Below are positions 62,330 through 64,000 of a stretch of 64,000 nt of DNA, one piece after another (the first letter of the stretch is position 1; the number at the start of each line of letters is the position of its first letter). The DNA is from Methylococcales bacterium (GTDB lineage: Bacteria > Pseudomonadota > Gammaproteobacteria > Methylococcales > Methylomonadaceae). Below the pieces are notes generated by a model. That model was not told the origin of the DNA. It made no database searches and saw only the letters and a program-made list of their open reading frames with translations. The position numbers and the translations under genes were made by a program. The stretch is taken from positions 1,496 to 65,495 of the forward strand of contig JAURYI010000118.1 in the NCBI GenBank assembly GCA_030654015.1. Direction: 5' to 3'.

Positions 62330-63334
62330 TTAACCGCCCGTCATATTCATATAACGCAAAATTATCGGCTGTTCATGAATATTAAACTCGTGCTTTTCGG
62401 GTTTAATCTGCATGGCGTTGATGATGGTTTGTTTTAATACGCTGGTATCGTTCGGATGTTCACGCAGCACGGCTTTTAAATCCACCGAATGTTCATTGCC
62501 CAGACACAACAACAATCGCCCTTCAACAGTCAGGCGCACCCGATTACAGGTGCTACAAAAGTTTTCACTGTGCGGGGAAATAAAACCCACGCGGGTTTGG
62601 GTGTCGGCAACAGTGAAATAATTCGACGGGCCGCCTGTTTTTTCGATGCTGGCGATTAGATCAAAACGCTGGGCTAAATCGGTTTTAATTGACTGGCTGG
62701 AATAATACGCCTCGGAGCGGTCGTGTTTGCTCACCACGCCTAAGGGCATTTCTTCGATAAAGCTAATATCAATCGCGTTATCGACGGCGAACTGCACCAA
62801 ATCGCACACTTCATCATGATTGCGGTCTTTCAGAATTACCGCGTTAATTTTTATGCGTTCAAAACCTACCGACTTGGCGGCGTGAATACCATCCAGCACT
62901 TTTTGTAAATCGCCAGTGCGGGTAATCGCCTTGAATTTAACCGCATCCAGCGTATCCAAGCTGATATTAATGCGTTTCACACCTGCGATTTTTAACGCAC
63001 TAGACATGGTGTCCAATTGTGAGCCGTTAGTGGTAATCACCAGTTCTTTTAAGCCGTCCAACTGCCCGATATTGGCTAATAAACTGAGCGCGTCTTTACG
63101 CACCAGGGGCTCACCGCCCGTGATGCGGATTTTTTTCACGCCTAATTCAGTGAATACTTGGGCGATTTGATAAATTTCTTCTAACGACAAAATCTGGGCG
63201 CGTGGCAAAAACGTCATGTCTTCCGCCATGCAGTACACACAGCGAAAATCACAGCGGTCAGTGATAGAAATTCGTAAATAATCAACGACTCTGCCGAAGC
63301 GGTCGATGAGTTGAGCGGGTGGTCGTGGTGTCAT
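62330..63334 (-). CDS. moaA: GTP 3',8-cyclase (molybdenum cofactor biosynthesis, radical SAM)
   Basis: 334 aa; YLRISITDRCDFRCVYCM, ITGGEPL, C-terminal CSTCNRVRLT cluster, GG tail. Confidence 0.96.
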   Translation of the reverse strand: MTPRPPAQLIDRFGRVVDYLRISITDRCDFRCVYCMAEDMTFLPRAQILSLEEIYQIAQVFTELGVKKIRITGGEPLVRKDALSLLANIGQLDGLKELVITTNGSQLDTMSSALKIAGVKRINISLDTLDAVKFKAITRTGDLQKVLDGIHAAKSVGFERIKINAVILKDRNHDEVCDLVQFAVDNAIDISFIEEMPLGVVSKHDRSEAYYSSQSIKTDLAQRFDLIASIEKTGGPSNYFTVADTQTRVGFISPHSENFCSTCNRVRLTVEGRLLLCLGNEHSVDLKAVLREHPNDTSVLKQTIINAMQIKPEKHEFNIHEQPIILRYMNMTGG

Positions 63335-63365
63335 AGTGGGTAATAAAGGTTGAGATTATTTATAG

Positions 63366-63435
63366 TTCCTACGCTCTAGCCCGTTCGTCCTGAGCCTGTC
63401 GAAGGAGGGAATTCATCTGATAACGCTCCAGCGTT
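63366..63435. repeat. Repeat patch: TTCCTACGCTCTAGCCCGTTCGTCCTGAGCCTGTCGAAGGAGGGAA plus hairpin AACGCT-cc-AGCGTT
   Basis: Inverted-repeat structure read directly. It occupies the whole moaA upstream region and abuts the stop of the truncated higA. Confidence 0.5.
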
Positions 63436-63441
63436 GTGTAT

Positions 63442-63675
63442 CTATTGGCTATCGGTAATTTCAGGAATATGCGCATCTTCATATTGTTCAATCAACACCC
63501 CGACCAACTCCATTAATGACGCTAATGGATGGCTTTCATTTTCACCTACCACATCAATCAATCTATCCAATAAATCAACTGCTTGTTCGTAATCTTGTTC
63601 AGTATGCAAAACGTGAATAAACGTTGAAATATCATTCCAAACGGGGGTTATTTTCTCAAGATAAACGGCTGACAT
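63442..63675 (-). CDS. higA: HigA-like antitoxin, N-terminal domain only (HTH domain missing)
   Basis: 77 aa; sits directly downstream of higB. ..EQDYEQAVDLLDRLIDVVGENESHPLASLMELVGVLIEQYE resembles the N-terminal half of E. coli-type HigA. No XRE HTH follows; the ORF ends at the repeat patch. Confidence 0.55.
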   Translation of the reverse strand: MSAVYLEKITPVWNDISTFIHVLHTEQDYEQAVDLLDRLIDVVGENESHPLASLMELVGVLIEQYEDAHIPEITDSQ

Positions 63676-63679
63676 TTAT

Positions 63680-63967
63680 TCACTCCTTCCATTTGTTTTT
63701 ATCGTATTCACTGTGCGTGAGTACGTTACGAATATAAACTCTATGACTGTTGTAATGAATAGCCGCTATCAATCTAACTTTATTCCCTGCGATATTAAAA
63801 ACAGTCAATCTACCCACTTGGTCGGCATGAGGAAATAATAGCTTTAGTTCATTAAATGAATCAAAGTTATTCAATTTAATCAGTCGATACCAATGCTGCA
63901 AAGCAGTTTTTACCTCAGGATATAATGCCGCAAAATCATTTAATCGTTTCCTTGTGATAGCGTGCAT
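63680..63967 (-). CDS. higB: HigB-family (RelE-fold) mRNA interferase toxin
   Basis: 95 aa; MHAITRKRLNDFAALYPEVKTAL..WYRLIK...VFNIAGNKVRLIAAIHYNSHRVYIRNVLTHSEYDK matches the HigB_toxin pattern. Confidence 0.8.
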   Translation of the reverse strand: MHAITRKRLNDFAALYPEVKTALQHWYRLIKLNNFDSFNELKLLFPHADQVGRLTVFNIAGNKVRLIAAIHYNSHRVYIRNVLTHSEYDKNKWKE

Positions 63968-64000
63968 TATTTTTCTCAGTTATTCGGGTTTATTCGACGC

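Noticed and set aside
63335-63441. Molybdenum-cofactor riboswitch upstream of moaA
   Set aside because: The 107-nt leader is filled by dispersed-repeat-type palindromes (..GTCCTGAGCCTGTCGAAGG.., AACGCTCCAGCGTT). It is shorter than the Moco motif as I remember it. A covariance-model scan (Rfam Moco_RNA_motif) would settle it.

Overview
Chromosomal segment of a gammaproteobacterium with moderate G+C (sampled lines about 42-50%). It is mostly conserved housekeeping blocks: ftsK / tilS-pyrG-kdsA-eno-ftsB / tgt...yajC-secD-secF / ndk-rlmN-pilW-hisS-yfgM-bamB-der / tpx / acnB / lpxC / zapE / trkA-trkH / xseA / speE / comM / metF / moaA. I found no rRNA, tRNA, CRISPR array, integrase or transposase. 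Several small accessory insertions interrupt the conserved blocks. (1) An eno-ftsB islet holds an orphan antitoxin, a PIN toxin stump cut by a GTAG-headed palindromic element, a very AT-rich orphan gene and a hicBA pair. (2) A four-gene ArnT/GtrA/YdjC/ArnC-like aminosugar lipid-modification cluster, plus a gene fragment, splits tgt from yajC. (3) At about 51.7-58.9 kb lies the most unusual locus: a tightly packed operon in which two glutaminase-less asparagine-synthetase-like (PP-loop) enzymes flank two paralogous proteins. Each paralogue has an N-terminal zinc ribbon, two TM helices and a C-terminal domain that by eye matches the Toprim fold of Topo VI-A/Spo11. I cannot assign this locus to any described system. 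(4) A higB toxin with a truncated higA sits at the right edge. The window is also peppered with at least four families of short palindromic repeats: GTAG...CTAC REP/REPIN-like elements, CACGAAA nonamer palindromes, and ATGACTGCCAGTC and ACCTGCGAGG hairpins centred on TTTAAA. These repeats sit at gene ends and at the break points of the truncated genes.
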